In this document: positions 18,078-27,015 of the stretch, piece by piece
How the letters are laid out: the number at the start of each line of letters is the position of its first letter
Position numbering within the stretch: position 1 is the stretch's first letter
NCBI RefSeq assembly: GCF_000195975.1
Contig: NC_005070.1
Coordinates: forward strand, 2,040,001 to 2,072,000
DNA length: 32,000 nt
From: Parasynechococcus marenigrum WH 8102
GTDB taxonomy: Bacteria > Cyanobacteriota > Cyanobacteriia > PCC-6307 > Cyanobiaceae
Reading direction: 5' to 3'
Translations under genes and position numbers: made by a program
The notes under the pieces: model-generated
What the model saw: the letters and a program-made list of their open reading frames with translations, nothing else
What the model was told of the DNA's origin: nothing
Database searches by the model: none

Positions 18078-19226
18078 ATGACGACACCTCTGTCATCACC
18101 CGAGACCGTGGTGGTGATCGGTGGTGGATTCGCGGGACTGTTCAGCGCTCTAGCCGTGAGCGAGCGCTTGCCGGAGCGACCGGTGCTGTTGATCGAGCCC
18201 CGTGACCGCTTTCTGTTTCAACCGCTTCTCTACGAACTGCTCAGCAGTGAACTGCAGGGCTGGGAAGTAGCGCCCACCTATCGCCAGCTGCTCAGCAGCC
18301 GCGGCATCTGCTGGCTGCAGGACCGTGTCATCAACATCGATCTGAACAACCAGGAGCTCACCACCGCCGCCTCCGGTGCTCTCCAATGGGGAGATCTGGT
18401 GCTGGCCACAGGCACCGAGCTCAATGATTTCGGAGTTCCCGGGGTCCGCGAGCATGCCTGCAGCTTCCGCGATCTCAATGATGTTGCCCATCTGCGCGCC
18501 CTTGTTCGAGAGCTGAACAAGCGCAGAGAGCCCGACGCCGCTGTCGCGATCATTGGAGCAGGGCCAACGGGGGTGGAGCTGGCCTGCAAGCTGGCGGACA
18601 TGCTGGATGGAGCAGCCCGGATACATCTGATTGAAAGGGGAGACGGGATCCTTCCCAACAGTGCCTCGTTCAACCGTGAACGCGCTGCCGCGGCATTGGA
18701 GCGGCGGGATGTCTGCCTGCACCTCAACACAGCTGTGACGGAGGTCCACTCCGATCGTGTCCGCTTCAAGGACGGCACCTTGCTCCCCCACAGCGGTCTG
18801 ATCTGGAGCGCCGGCAGCAGACCGACCGTGCCCGAAATCCGGCCGGACCCTGGTCACGCCAAAGGCCCTCTCAACATCGGCCAGGATCTGCGGCTCCTCG
18901 GTCACCAACACGTCTACGTGCTGGGGGATTGCGGACGTTGCAGCGTTGAGCCCTGGCCAGCCACCGCTCAGGTGGCCATGCAGCAGGGCGAAGCTGTTGC
19001 AGCGGCCCTGCAGGCCATCAGCAACAACCAGGAGCCGAAACCATTTCAGTTCCAGGATCGCGGCGAAATGCTCAGTTTGGGCATCGGTGACGCCACGCTC
19101 ACCGGGCTTGGCATCACGCTTGCAGGCCCCCTGGCCTTCAAGATCCGACGGGCCACCTACCTCACCCGGCTGCCTGGTCTCTCACTGGGTCTTCGCTCTG
19201 CCGGGGCCTGGCTGATGAGTCGTTGA
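18078..19226 (+). CDS. Type II NADH dehydrogenase family FAD/NAD(P)-dependent oxidoreductase (NdbB-like)
   Basis: Two dinucleotide-binding motifs (VVVIGGGFAGL and VAIIGAGPTGVELA). The ~380-aa length matches the short cyanobacterial NDH-2 class. Confidence 0.85.
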   Translation: MTTPLSSPETVVVIGGGFAGLFSALAVSERLPERPVLLIEPRDRFLFQPLLYELLSSELQGWEVAPTYRQLLSSRGICWLQDRVINIDLNNQELTTAASGALQWGDLVLATGTELNDFGVPGVREHACSFRDLNDVAHLRALVRELNKRREPDAAVAIIGAGPTGVELACKLADMLDGAARIHLIERGDGILPNSASFNRERAAAALERRDVCLHLNTAVTEVHSDRVRFKDGTLLPHSGLIWSAGSRPTVPEIRPDPGHAKGPLNIGQDLRLLGHQHVYVLGDCGRCSVEPWPATAQVAMQQGEAVAAALQAISNNQEPKPFQFQDRGEMLSLGIGDATLTGLGITLAGPLAFKIRRATYLTRLPGLSLGLRSAGAWLMSR

Positions 19227-20911
19227 AGCAGGCCCATCTCGGCGGCCGGACCCGCGGCCTGCGGCCCGGCCAGCAACGACAACTCGACCGCCTCAGTCAC
19301 CGTCGTCATCCCGAGGGCAGCGGTGCTGACCTGCTGACCCTGGAGCGGATGGCTGGATTGGTGCAGGAGCTCGAGCAATCGATGCATCTCGTGCTGGACG
19401 GTCGTGGGCTCTGCCGGTTGCTCTGGCTGGGTCCCTTGCAAAGTTCCGAGGCCCTCCGTCAGCACCTGCCGCAGGCACCCCGTCGCCGGGGTGGCGGCTG
19501 GAGGCTGCTGAGCTGTCCCTTCAGCCGTCATGGCCTGCACCAGGACATGGCGGAGGCAGTGATTGCCCTCGATCTCAATCCGATCTGCTGGTTGCGCTTT
19601 GCCCCGGTTCCAGCCCGCGATGGACTGCGCAACGCCGAACTGTTGCAGCCCGACCGTGAGGAAGCCCATGGCTGGCGACAGCTGGACCAAGGGGATCTGC
19701 GCCATCTCTGTCAGCAGGATCTGAACTCTGGGGCGATCACAACACCGGAGTTGTCCCCCGCCAGCGCAGGTACAGCCATCGAGTCCGTGCTGTTGCTGAC
19801 CCTCACCAGCGGAGAGGCTGACCGCAGCGAACGCGAGTTGGCCGAACTGGAGGGACTGGTGCGCAGCGCCGGAGCCCAACCGGTGGCCGTGGTGACGCAG
19901 CGGGCCGGCAGCGCCAATCCACAAACCCTCTGGGGCACTGGAAAGCTGCAGGAGGCGGCCCTTGAAGTGCGCCGTCGCGGCGCCTCACTGGTCGTCACGG
20001 ATCGCGAGCTCACACCAGTTCAGGCCAGGAATCTGGAACGGCTGCTGGCCTGTCCGGTCTCCGACCGCAGTGAACTCATCCTCGACATCTTTGCCCAGCG
20101 AGCCGGCAGCGCCGCCGGTCGCTTGCAGGTGGAACTGGCGCAGCTGCGCTATCGCCTGCCCCGCCTGCTGGGACGGGGGCGCAGCCTGTCGCGTCAGGGC
20201 GGTGGCATCGGAACACGGGGCCCCGGTGAAACACAGCTGGAGAAGGACCGCCGTGCCATCAGCCGCCGCATCGATCGCCTGCTCCGGGATCAACAGCAGC
20301 TTCAGCAGCACCGCAGCCGACTGCGGGACCAACGGCGGGGACTGCCGCGGGTCGCCCTTGTGGGCTACACGAACGCCGGCAAATCCAGCCTGCTGAATGC
20401 CCTCTGTGGTCGCCGCGAAAGCGATCGTGTGCTGGCCGAGAACAAGCTGTTCGCCACCCTGGATCCAACAACCCGTCGCCTGGACCTGCCGCAGCCAGGA
20501 CAACGGCCCGACCGGCTGCTGATCACCGACACCGTTGGTTTCATCCGTGACCTGCCCAAGCCGTTGGTGGAAGCATTCCGGGCAACGCTGGAGGAAGCCC
20601 TCGACGCCGATGTGCTGCTGGTGGTGGTGGATCTGGCGGATCCCGACTGGTCCGGTCAGCTCAGCACCGTCCATCGGCTGCTGGATTCCCTCGGCAGCAC
20701 CGCGATGCGACGGGTGGTGGCGAACCAGATCGACCGCTGCCCGCTGGACGCTGTCGAAACGATCCGGCGACAGGATGCCCAGACCCTGTTTCTGTCGGCC
20801 AAGCGCGGGGATGGCCTGCGGGGTTTGCAGGACTGGCTGCGGGAGCAGTTCTTTGATCCCGGGGCAGAATCAGATCTAGATGCAGGGCCTCCGCCCGAAT
20901 GGCCGAGCTGA
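19223..20911 (+). CDS. hflX: GTPase HflX (long cyanobacterial form)
   Basis: Contains the HflX N-domain (..DRELTPVQARNLERLL..), a coiled linker, and G motifs GYTNAGKSSLLNAL and DTVGF. The TTG start at 19223 overlaps the NDH-2 stop (TTGA). About 185 N-terminal residues precede the canonical HflX domain. The start is uncertain, and the next in-frame ATG is at 19349. Confidence 0.88.
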   Translation: MKQAHLGGRTRGLRPGQQRQLDRLSHRRHPEGSGADLLTLERMAGLVQELEQSMHLVLDGRGLCRLLWLGPLQSSEALRQHLPQAPRRRGGGWRLLSCPFSRHGLHQDMAEAVIALDLNPICWLRFAPVPARDGLRNAELLQPDREEAHGWRQLDQGDLRHLCQQDLNSGAITTPELSPASAGTAIESVLLLTLTSGEADRSERELAELEGLVRSAGAQPVAVVTQRAGSANPQTLWGTGKLQEAALEVRRRGASLVVTDRELTPVQARNLERLLACPVSDRSELILDIFAQRAGSAAGRLQVELAQLRYRLPRLLGRGRSLSRQGGGIGTRGPGETQLEKDRRAISRRIDRLLRDQQQLQQHRSRLRDQRRGLPRVALVGYTNAGKSSLLNALCGRRESDRVLAENKLFATLDPTTRRLDLPQPGQRPDRLLITDTVGFIRDLPKPLVEAFRATLEEALDADVLLVVVDLADPDWSGQLSTVHRLLDSLGSTAMRRVVANQIDRCPLDAVETIRRQDAQTLFLSAKRGDGLRGLQDWLREQFFDPGAESDLDAGPPPEWPS

Positions 20912-22716
20912 TCAGCACGCTTCAGAACCCCCAGGCGGTGATCACCCTGGCGGTTCTGGTTCTGGCGATCGTTCTGTTCATCACAGGGGCCCTGGCGCCG
21001 GAACTCACCGGACTGCTCAGCCTCGGCCTGCTTATGGCCACTGGGGTTCTGTCACCACCAGAGGCCCTGGCCGGATTCGGCAGCCCCGCCCTGATCACCC
21101 TGATGGGCCTGTTCCCGGTCTCCGCGGCCCTGTTCAAAAGCGGAGCGCTGGACCGCCTGCGTGCCCTGATCGCCTCGGAGCGAATCCGTTCACCAAGGCG
21201 CTTGATCGCACTGATGGCGTTCGTGATCGCGCCGGTGTCCGGCATCGTCCCCAACACACCGGTGGTGGCGTCGTTGCTGCCGGTGGTGGAGAACTGGTGC
21301 CACCGGCGCGGCATTTCCCCATCCAGGGTCCTGCTTCCACTCTCGTTTTCAACAGTGCTGGGCGGAACCCTCACCCTGCTGGGCAGTTCGGTGAACCTGC
21401 TGGTGAGTGACATCAGCCAGCAACTGGGTCATGGGTCACTGGAGCTGTTCAGTTTCACGCTGATCAGCCTGCCGATCTGGCTGGTGGGGGCGGCCTATCT
21501 GGTGCTGGCTCCACGGGCCCTGCTGCCGGATCGTGGCCACGAACATGACGACCTGGGACTCTCGCCCCAGCGCAGCAGCTACAGCACCGAAGTCACCATT
21601 CCCCACGACTCGGAACTGGTGGGCGTCTCCCTGCATAACAGCCGTCTGCAGCGGCGTTTCGACGTGGATGTACTGGAACTTCAGCGTTCCGGAGAACGCC
21701 TGCTGCCCCCCCTGGCGGACCGCAAGCTGCAGGCCGGCGACCACCTGCTGCTACGGGTGACCCGACAGGACCTGCTTCGTCTTCAGCAGGACCACACTGT
21801 TCAGCTCACAACCCAGGGCAACAATGCCGGGTTCGACTTGAGCAGCGATGAGCTGAGCGGTCAGAAGACGGTTGAGGTGCTGCTTCCGGCCGGTTCCACC
21901 CTGGCCGGCGCCAGCCTGCGCGAACTCCGCTTCCGCCAACGCCACAACGCCACGGTGCTGGCCCTGCGCCGCGGGCAGGAAACCCTGCAGGAACGGCTTG
22001 GGCAGATCGTCCTGAGGGAGGGGGATGTACTCCTGCTGCAGGCACCCCTCGATTCCATCCGTGGTCTGCAGGCCAGCAACGACCTGCTGGTGCTGGATCG
22101 GCTCGAGGATGACCTGCCGACGGTGCGGCGCAAACCCCTGGTGGTGAGCATGGCGATCGCCATGCTTCTGCTGCCGACCCTGACGCCCATCCCCCTGGTG
22201 GCCGCGGTGCTCCTGGCCACCGTCGCCGTCGTGGCCACGGGCTGTCTTCGCCCCGGTGAGCTGCAGCGCGCCATTCGTCTCGATGTGATCCTGCTGCTCG
22301 GCTCGCTCAGCAGTTTCAGCGTGGCGTTGCAGACCACCGGCCTGGCCGATGCCATGGCCCAGGGTCTTCAACAGTGGCTGACGGGCTGGCCCAATTACGG
22401 CTCCCTGGTGGTGGTGTTCATCGGCACCACCCTGCTCACTCAGGTGATGAGCAATGCCGCCTCCGTTGCCCTGCTGGCGCCGGTTGCGGTGCAGCTGGCA
22501 CCGGGACTGGACCTGCCCCCCACCGCCCTGTTGATCACCGTGCTGTTTGGGGCGAGCCAGTCGTTTCTGACCCCGGTCGGCTACCAGACCAACCTGATGG
22601 TGTTCGGCCCCGGTCGGTACCGCTTTCTCGATGTCACCCGTTATGGGATCGGCCTCACCTTGATCATGACCGTGCTGGTGCCGGCCCTGATCCTGTGGCG
22701 TTATGCCCCATCCTGA
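20899..22716 (+). CDS. SLC13/DASS-family permease with two central TrkA-C (RCK_C) domains
   Basis: Hydrophobic N- and C-terminal halves flank two repeats of the TrkA-C pattern (..VGVSLHNSRLQRRFDVDVLELQRSGERLL...GDHLLLRV.. and ..AGASLRELRFRQRHNATVLALRRGQE...GDVLLLQA..). It overlaps the hflX 3' end by 13 nt. Confidence 0.85.
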   Translation: MAELISTLQNPQAVITLAVLVLAIVLFITGALAPELTGLLSLGLLMATGVLSPPEALAGFGSPALITLMGLFPVSAALFKSGALDRLRALIASERIRSPRRLIALMAFVIAPVSGIVPNTPVVASLLPVVENWCHRRGISPSRVLLPLSFSTVLGGTLTLLGSSVNLLVSDISQQLGHGSLELFSFTLISLPIWLVGAAYLVLAPRALLPDRGHEHDDLGLSPQRSSYSTEVTIPHDSELVGVSLHNSRLQRRFDVDVLELQRSGERLLPPLADRKLQAGDHLLLRVTRQDLLRLQQDHTVQLTTQGNNAGFDLSSDELSGQKTVEVLLPAGSTLAGASLRELRFRQRHNATVLALRRGQETLQERLGQIVLREGDVLLLQAPLDSIRGLQASNDLLVLDRLEDDLPTVRRKPLVVSMAIAMLLLPTLTPIPLVAAVLLATVAVVATGCLRPGELQRAIRLDVILLLGSLSSFSVALQTTGLADAMAQGLQQWLTGWPNYGSLVVVFIGTTLLTQVMSNAASVALLAPVAVQLAPGLDLPPTALLITVLFGASQSFLTPVGYQTNLMVFGPGRYRFLDVTRYGIGLTLIMTVLVPALILWRYAPS

Positions 22717-22749
22717 TCAACACTGGTCGTTCTTCAAGTCGTCAGCTCC

Positions 22750-24159
22750 GTGCCCCTCCGCCAGGCGATCGAGCGCAGCCAGGGCTGGCACCGGCGACTC
22801 ACCGTGCCCCAGTTCACCGTGGTCACCGGCCTGCTGGTGATTCTGCTGGGCACGCTGTTGTTGGCCACACCGCTGTGTTCCAGCAGCAAGGTGGGGCTCT
22901 GGGAAGCCCTGTTCACCGCCACATCAGCGATCACGGTGACCGGCCTGTCGATCATTGATGTCGGAGCCGATCTCACCACAGCCGGGCAACTGGTGCTGGC
23001 GATGATGATCCTGGCGGGAGGCCTGGGACTGATGGCCATCACCACCTTTCTCCAGGGGTTCGTGGTGAAGGGCACCGGTCTGCGGCGCCGACTGGACCGG
23101 GGCCAGACCCTCGATGAATTCGGCGTCGGCGGAGTTGGCAGCACATTCCGGGGTATTGCTGCGACGGCGGCACTGGTGATCCTGGTGGGTGCGCTGGTGC
23201 TTTACGGCTTCGGGTTCAGCGACATCCCTGACCGAGGCGAACGCCTGTGGGCCTCGGTCTTCCACAGCATCTCGGCCTACAACAACGCTGGCTTCGGACT
23301 CTGGTCCGACAGCCTTGAGCGTTACCACGACAACGTTCTGGTCAACGCCGTTGTGATGGTGCTGATCGTGATGGGGGGACTGGGCTGGCGGGTCACCAGT
23401 GATCTCGCCAGTCAAGGGGTCCGCCGCGGCAGGCGGCGGCTCAGCCTTCACACCCGGCTGGTGTTGCGCACCACGCTGCTGCTGGTGGTGTTCGGCACCC
23501 TTGGCCTTGCCCTGACGGAATGGCTCAACCGCGGCGAGGTGTTCATCGGGATGGCCTGGCGAGAACGCTGGATGACCGCCCTGTTCGAATCGGTCACCGC
23601 CCGAACGGCCGGTTTCACCACGGTGCCCTTCTCACTGGAGAACATCACCGATTCAGGCACCCTGCTGCTGATGGCGCTGATGTTCATCGGTGCCAGCCCG
23701 GGGGGGACAGGCGGTGGCATCAAGACCACCACCGTGGCCGCCCTGATGGCAGCGACACGATCCACCATGCGCGGTCGCGATGCGGTGGTGATCCGCAACC
23801 GCGAAATCCCGGACAAGGTTGTGCTGAGGGCCCTGGGTATCACGGTGGCGTCACTGCTGTTTGTTCTGGCGATGGCGCTATTGCTGAGCATCGCCAGCAA
23901 CCTCAATGGTGCAGAACCCTTCACATTTCTGGAGATGCTGTTCACCTGCATCTCGGCCTTTGCCACCGTCGGCCTCGATCTTGGGGTCACGGAGCAGCTG
24001 GGACGCTTCGGCCAGGCTGTGCTGATGCTGGGGATGTTTGTGGGGCGGCTTGGGATTCTGTTGCTACTGAGCGCCATCTGGGAAGTCATGACCCGGGAAC
24101 AGATCCACATCCATCGCCAGAATCGGATTGGTTATCCCCGTGAGGACCTCTATGTCTGA
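22750..24159 (+). CDS. ktrB: TrkH/KtrB family potassium uptake membrane subunit
   Basis: A polytopic protein with selectivity-filter-like glycine motifs (TVTGLS, AYNNAGF, RTAGFT, ATVGLD) and the GGTGGGIKTTT loop typical of the Trk/Ktr/HKT family. Confidence 0.9.
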   Translation: MPLRQAIERSQGWHRRLTVPQFTVVTGLLVILLGTLLLATPLCSSSKVGLWEALFTATSAITVTGLSIIDVGADLTTAGQLVLAMMILAGGLGLMAITTFLQGFVVKGTGLRRRLDRGQTLDEFGVGGVGSTFRGIAATAALVILVGALVLYGFGFSDIPDRGERLWASVFHSISAYNNAGFGLWSDSLERYHDNVLVNAVVMVLIVMGGLGWRVTSDLASQGVRRGRRRLSLHTRLVLRTTLLLVVFGTLGLALTEWLNRGEVFIGMAWRERWMTALFESVTARTAGFTTVPFSLENITDSGTLLLMALMFIGASPGGTGGGIKTTTVAALMAATRSTMRGRDAVVIRNREIPDKVVLRALGITVASLLFVLAMALLLSIASNLNGAEPFTFLEMLFTCISAFATVGLDLGVTEQLGRFGQAVLMLGMFVGRLGILLLLSAIWEVMTREQIHIHRQNRIGYPREDLYV

Positions 24160-24183
24160 CCGCCGTCTTTGGGATCACCAGCG

Positions 24184-24888
24184 ATGAGGGAGTGGTGGCA
24201 ATGGAGCCCGCTCCAGGGCAGCGAGCGGCTGGGCTTCGCCGTCGTCGGGGTTGGTCGTTTCGGGATCGCCGTCTGCCGGGAACTGCTCCAGAACGGGGCG
24301 GAGGTGCTGGCGGTGGACCGCTCGGAACGGGCCGTGGATGAACTGCGTCAGCTGGAGCCAACCGTGGAAGCCCGGGTGGTGGATTGCACCGATGAGGAAT
24401 CGCTGCGAGAAGCCGGTGTGCTGGACATGGGCACGGTGGTGGTGGCCATGAGTGAACCGATTGAGGCCAGCATCACAGCAACCCTGATCGCCAAGGACAG
24501 TGAGGGCACCAGGGTCCGTCAGGTGATCGCCCGCGCCACCAGCGAACTGCACGAAAAGATGTTGAAGCGGGTTGGTGCCGACCGGGTGATCTTTCCCTCC
24601 CGCATGCAGGGAGAACGACTGGGCCTTGAGCTGGTGCGCCCCAACCTGATGGAGCGTCTGGCCCTGGATGAAAAGCACTGCATTGAGGAGATCAAGGTGC
24701 CGGAGCCATTCATGGGGCGCTCACTGCGTGATCTGAATCTGCGCAAGAACTTCCGGGTGAATGTGCTGGCAGCGGGCCCCCAGAGCAACCTCACGGTGAA
24801 CCCCCCGGCCTCCCATGTGCTGGAGGAGGGCCATCTGCTGGTGGTGATGGGCCTGGTGGATGACCTGCAGCGGTTGCCCAAAACCTGA
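24184..24888 (+). CDS. ktrA: TrkA/KtrA family potassium uptake regulatory subunit (RCK N and C domains)
   Basis: Rossmann motif FAVVGVGRFGIAVCREL plus a C-terminal TrkA-C domain (..GRSLRDLNLRKNFRVNVLAA...GHLLVVMG). ATG at 24184 is preferred, and TTG at 24169 is possible. Confidence 0.88.
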   Translation: MREWWQWSPLQGSERLGFAVVGVGRFGIAVCRELLQNGAEVLAVDRSERAVDELRQLEPTVEARVVDCTDEESLREAGVLDMGTVVVAMSEPIEASITATLIAKDSEGTRVRQVIARATSELHEKMLKRVGADRVIFPSRMQGERLGLELVRPNLMERLALDEKHCIEEIKVPEPFMGRSLRDLNLRKNFRVNVLAAGPQSNLTVNPPASHVLEEGHLLVVMGLVDDLQRLPKT

Positions 24889-24899
24889 CGGTCACCCCC

Positions 24900-26039
24900 A
24901 TGCTCTGCCTCGGCCTGATGAGTGGCACCAGTGCCGACGGCGTCGATGCGGTGTTGGCTCGCTTCCAGGGTGCTCCCGATCGTCCTGAGTGGCAGCTGCT
25001 GAGCCATCACCACAGCCCTTACCCAGCTGCACTTCGGGACGAGCTGGTGCGAATCGGCCAGGGAGAAGCACGACCGGCCGCGGCCCTGCTGGATCTGGCG
25101 GAGGCGGTGACCGAACATCAGGCGCTGGCGGCTCGCGGCGCCGACCCCGATCAGCGCGCGAGCCTGATCGGTTGCCATGGCCAGACCCTCTGGCATCGCC
25201 CACCCAGCAGCGACAAGCGCGGCGCCAGCTGGCAGTTGCTGCTGGCTCCGCTGCTGGCCCAGCTCTTGGCACGGCCGGTGGTGCACGATTTCCGCGCCAC
25301 CGACCTGGCCCTGGGAGGTCAGGGGGCGCCCCTGGTGCCCAGGGCCGATGCTGCCCTGATCGGGCCTGGGGACGGCTGGCGGGGGGTGCTCAACCTGGGG
25401 GGGATTGCCAACCTCACCCTGATCCCACCGCGCTGGGGACCGCAGAAGCAGGAATCGGTCCTGGGCTGGGACTGTGGACCAGCGAACAGCCTGATCGATC
25501 TGGCGATGGAGCAGTTCAGCGATGGCCAGCAGCTGTTTGATCGCGACGGTGCCATGGCCGCAGCAGGGCGTTGCGACGACGGCATGATTCAACGTTGGTT
25601 GCGGGAGCCCTACTTCCAGCTCAGCCCGCCGAAGTCAACTGGGCGGGAATGCTTCGGCCAAGAGGATCTCAGACGTCGCCTGCAGGAGCTGGAATCGGTT
25701 GAGAGGGCCGATGCGGTGGCCACCCTCACCGGCTTCACCGCGGCGGTGGTGGCTCAGGATCTTGACCGATTGCGGGCGGACAGAAGCATCCACCTTCTGG
25801 AGCTGCTGGTGGCCGGCGGCGGCTGCCGCAATCCAGTTCTGATGAGCGAACTCCAACGTCGCTGCCGGGGACTGGCCGTCCGGGCCAGCGATCAGATTGG
25901 ATTGGCGGCGGAGGCAAGGGAAGCGCTCGTCTTTGCGCTGCTGGCCTGGTGGCATCACCGCGGCCACCCAGGCAATGCTCCCGCCATCACAGGCGCAACG
26001 CGGGAAGCATGCCTCGGCGTCAGGGTTGCCCCCGCTTGA
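24900..26039 (+). CDS. anmK: Anhydro-N-acetylmuramic acid kinase
   Basis: The N-terminus MLCLGLMSGTSADGVDAVLARF and the overall pattern (..GCHGQTLWHRP.., ..LGGIANLT.., ..VAGGGCRNPVLM..) are typical of AnmK. Confidence 0.92.
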   Translation: MLCLGLMSGTSADGVDAVLARFQGAPDRPEWQLLSHHHSPYPAALRDELVRIGQGEARPAAALLDLAEAVTEHQALAARGADPDQRASLIGCHGQTLWHRPPSSDKRGASWQLLLAPLLAQLLARPVVHDFRATDLALGGQGAPLVPRADAALIGPGDGWRGVLNLGGIANLTLIPPRWGPQKQESVLGWDCGPANSLIDLAMEQFSDGQQLFDRDGAMAAAGRCDDGMIQRWLREPYFQLSPPKSTGRECFGQEDLRRRLQELESVERADAVATLTGFTAAVVAQDLDRLRADRSIHLLELLVAGGGCRNPVLMSELQRRCRGLAVRASDQIGLAAEAREALVFALLAWWHHRGHPGNAPAITGATREACLGVRVAPA

Positions 26040-26050
26040 TTAGGGCTGTT

Positions 26051-26389
26051 TCAGGGACGGTGCAGGCGCAACCGCCTTGGAGCGCCCCGCAGACGACGGG
26101 GTTGCTGCGACTCAAGGGCGGAGCGCAACCGCTCTTCCCTTGAGGGCAGCGGCGCCTCAGCACTCTGTTCATGCCTCTGGACTCCCTGCTGGATCAGCAC
26201 CCGCGCCATGTTGCTGACCGTGCGTGACTCCTGATCAGCCAAGGCCGTCAAACGGGCACAGAGATCCTCTGGCAGGACCACCTGAATCCGCGGGGATTTG
26301 GGCTTCCCGCTGGAGGACGTCTGACGGGTGGGCACAACCGGATCTCCAGGGGGAGTCTCAGCTACCCGAAAGTGTACAGAGGTGGGCAA
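26051..26389 (-). CDS. Ribbon-helix-helix (CopG/Arc/MetJ-like) DNA-binding protein
   Basis: RIQVVLPEDLCARLTALADQESRTVSNMARVLIQQGV fits the strand-helix-helix pattern of RHH proteins. Both the N- and C-terminal tails are basic and Pro-rich. The ORF-track start is TTG at 26389, and the true start is uncertain. Confidence 0.6.
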   Translation of the reverse strand: MPTSVHFRVAETPPGDPVVPTRQTSSSGKPKSPRIQVVLPEDLCARLTALADQESRTVSNMARVLIQQGVQRHEQSAEAPLPSREERLRSALESQQPRRLRGAPRRLRLHRP

Positions 26390-26440
26390 GGGTAGTATCC
26401 ATGACTATGGTGGGGGCATCGGTCCTCCTCGGAGTGCCCC

Positions 26441-26737
26441 ATGCCCGAATCCACAACGACCACCCAGCGCCGCAGCCGGCGCACCACGGGGCGTCGCCGC
26501 CCTCAGCGCACCCCTGAAAACAGCGACGTGCTGGTGTCCGCTGTGATCAGCACGTATCTGCTCACTCACCTGCACCACGTGTTGCAACGGGCTGAATACG
26601 GTGCCGCCCAGGAGGGCAGAAATTCCCAGGCCGCCAACTACGCCCAACTGCGCAAGGTGCTTTGCATGGATGCCCGCAGCATGGAAGACGCCTCCGCCCT
26701 TGGACAACGGGAAGATGTGCTGGACCAGGCAGCCTGA
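26441..26737 (+). CDS. Hypothetical small protein with an Arg-rich N-terminal tail
   Basis: ATG start with strongly GC-rich third codon positions in this frame. The competing antisense ORF 26405..26779 looks like high-GC noise. The N-terminus is MPESTTTTQRRSRRTTGRRRPQRTP, followed by a helical region that may itself be RHH-like (VLVSAVISTYLLTHLHHVLQRAEY...ANYAQLRKVL). Confidence 0.5.
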   Translation: MPESTTTTQRRSRRTTGRRRPQRTPENSDVLVSAVISTYLLTHLHHVLQRAEYGAAQEGRNSQAANYAQLRKVLCMDARSMEDASALGQREDVLDQAA

Positions 26738-26778
26738 CGATTGTCGAGCGACTGAATAGCGTTCCAGCAGCCGCATCA

Positions 26779-27015
26779 ATGACCATGGCCGGCCATGCCG
26801 CCGCTCTCTACGAGCGCATCCGCAGCAACCCAGAACAGACCCAGGCCTTATTCCGGCAGGCGCTGCAGGATCCCTCCGGTGCCATGGCCTCCATCTGCCA
26901 ATTCGGAGAAGACCAGGGACTCCCTGTCACCCCGGATGAAGTCAGACAGCATCTGGCCAGCCTCGATGACGAGGCCAGCCCTCGCTGGGTCGTCAAGGCA
27001 CGCGGCGGGCTGTAA
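26779..27015 (+). CDS. Nif11-domain small protein (leader-peptide-like, ends ...GGL)
   Basis: 78 aa from the ATG at 26779. AALYERIRSNPEQTQALFRQALQDPSGAMASICQFGEDQGLPVTPDEVRQHLASLDDE follows the Nif11 N-terminal domain pattern (two helical halves, ...G(F/L)x(I/V)TxxE(L/V)..., and an acidic LDDE stretch). It ends ARGGL-stop. Confidence 0.6.
   Translation: MTMAGHAAALYERIRSNPEQTQALFRQALQDPSGAMASICQFGEDQGLPVTPDEVRQHLASLDDEASPRWVVKARGGL

Noticed and set aside
26051-26389. The RHH protein as the antitoxin of a toxin-antitoxin pair.
   Set aside because: There is no co-directional toxin-like ORF next to it. Downstream is the convergent anmK gene, and the divergent neighbour is a small basic protein with no toxin-like features.
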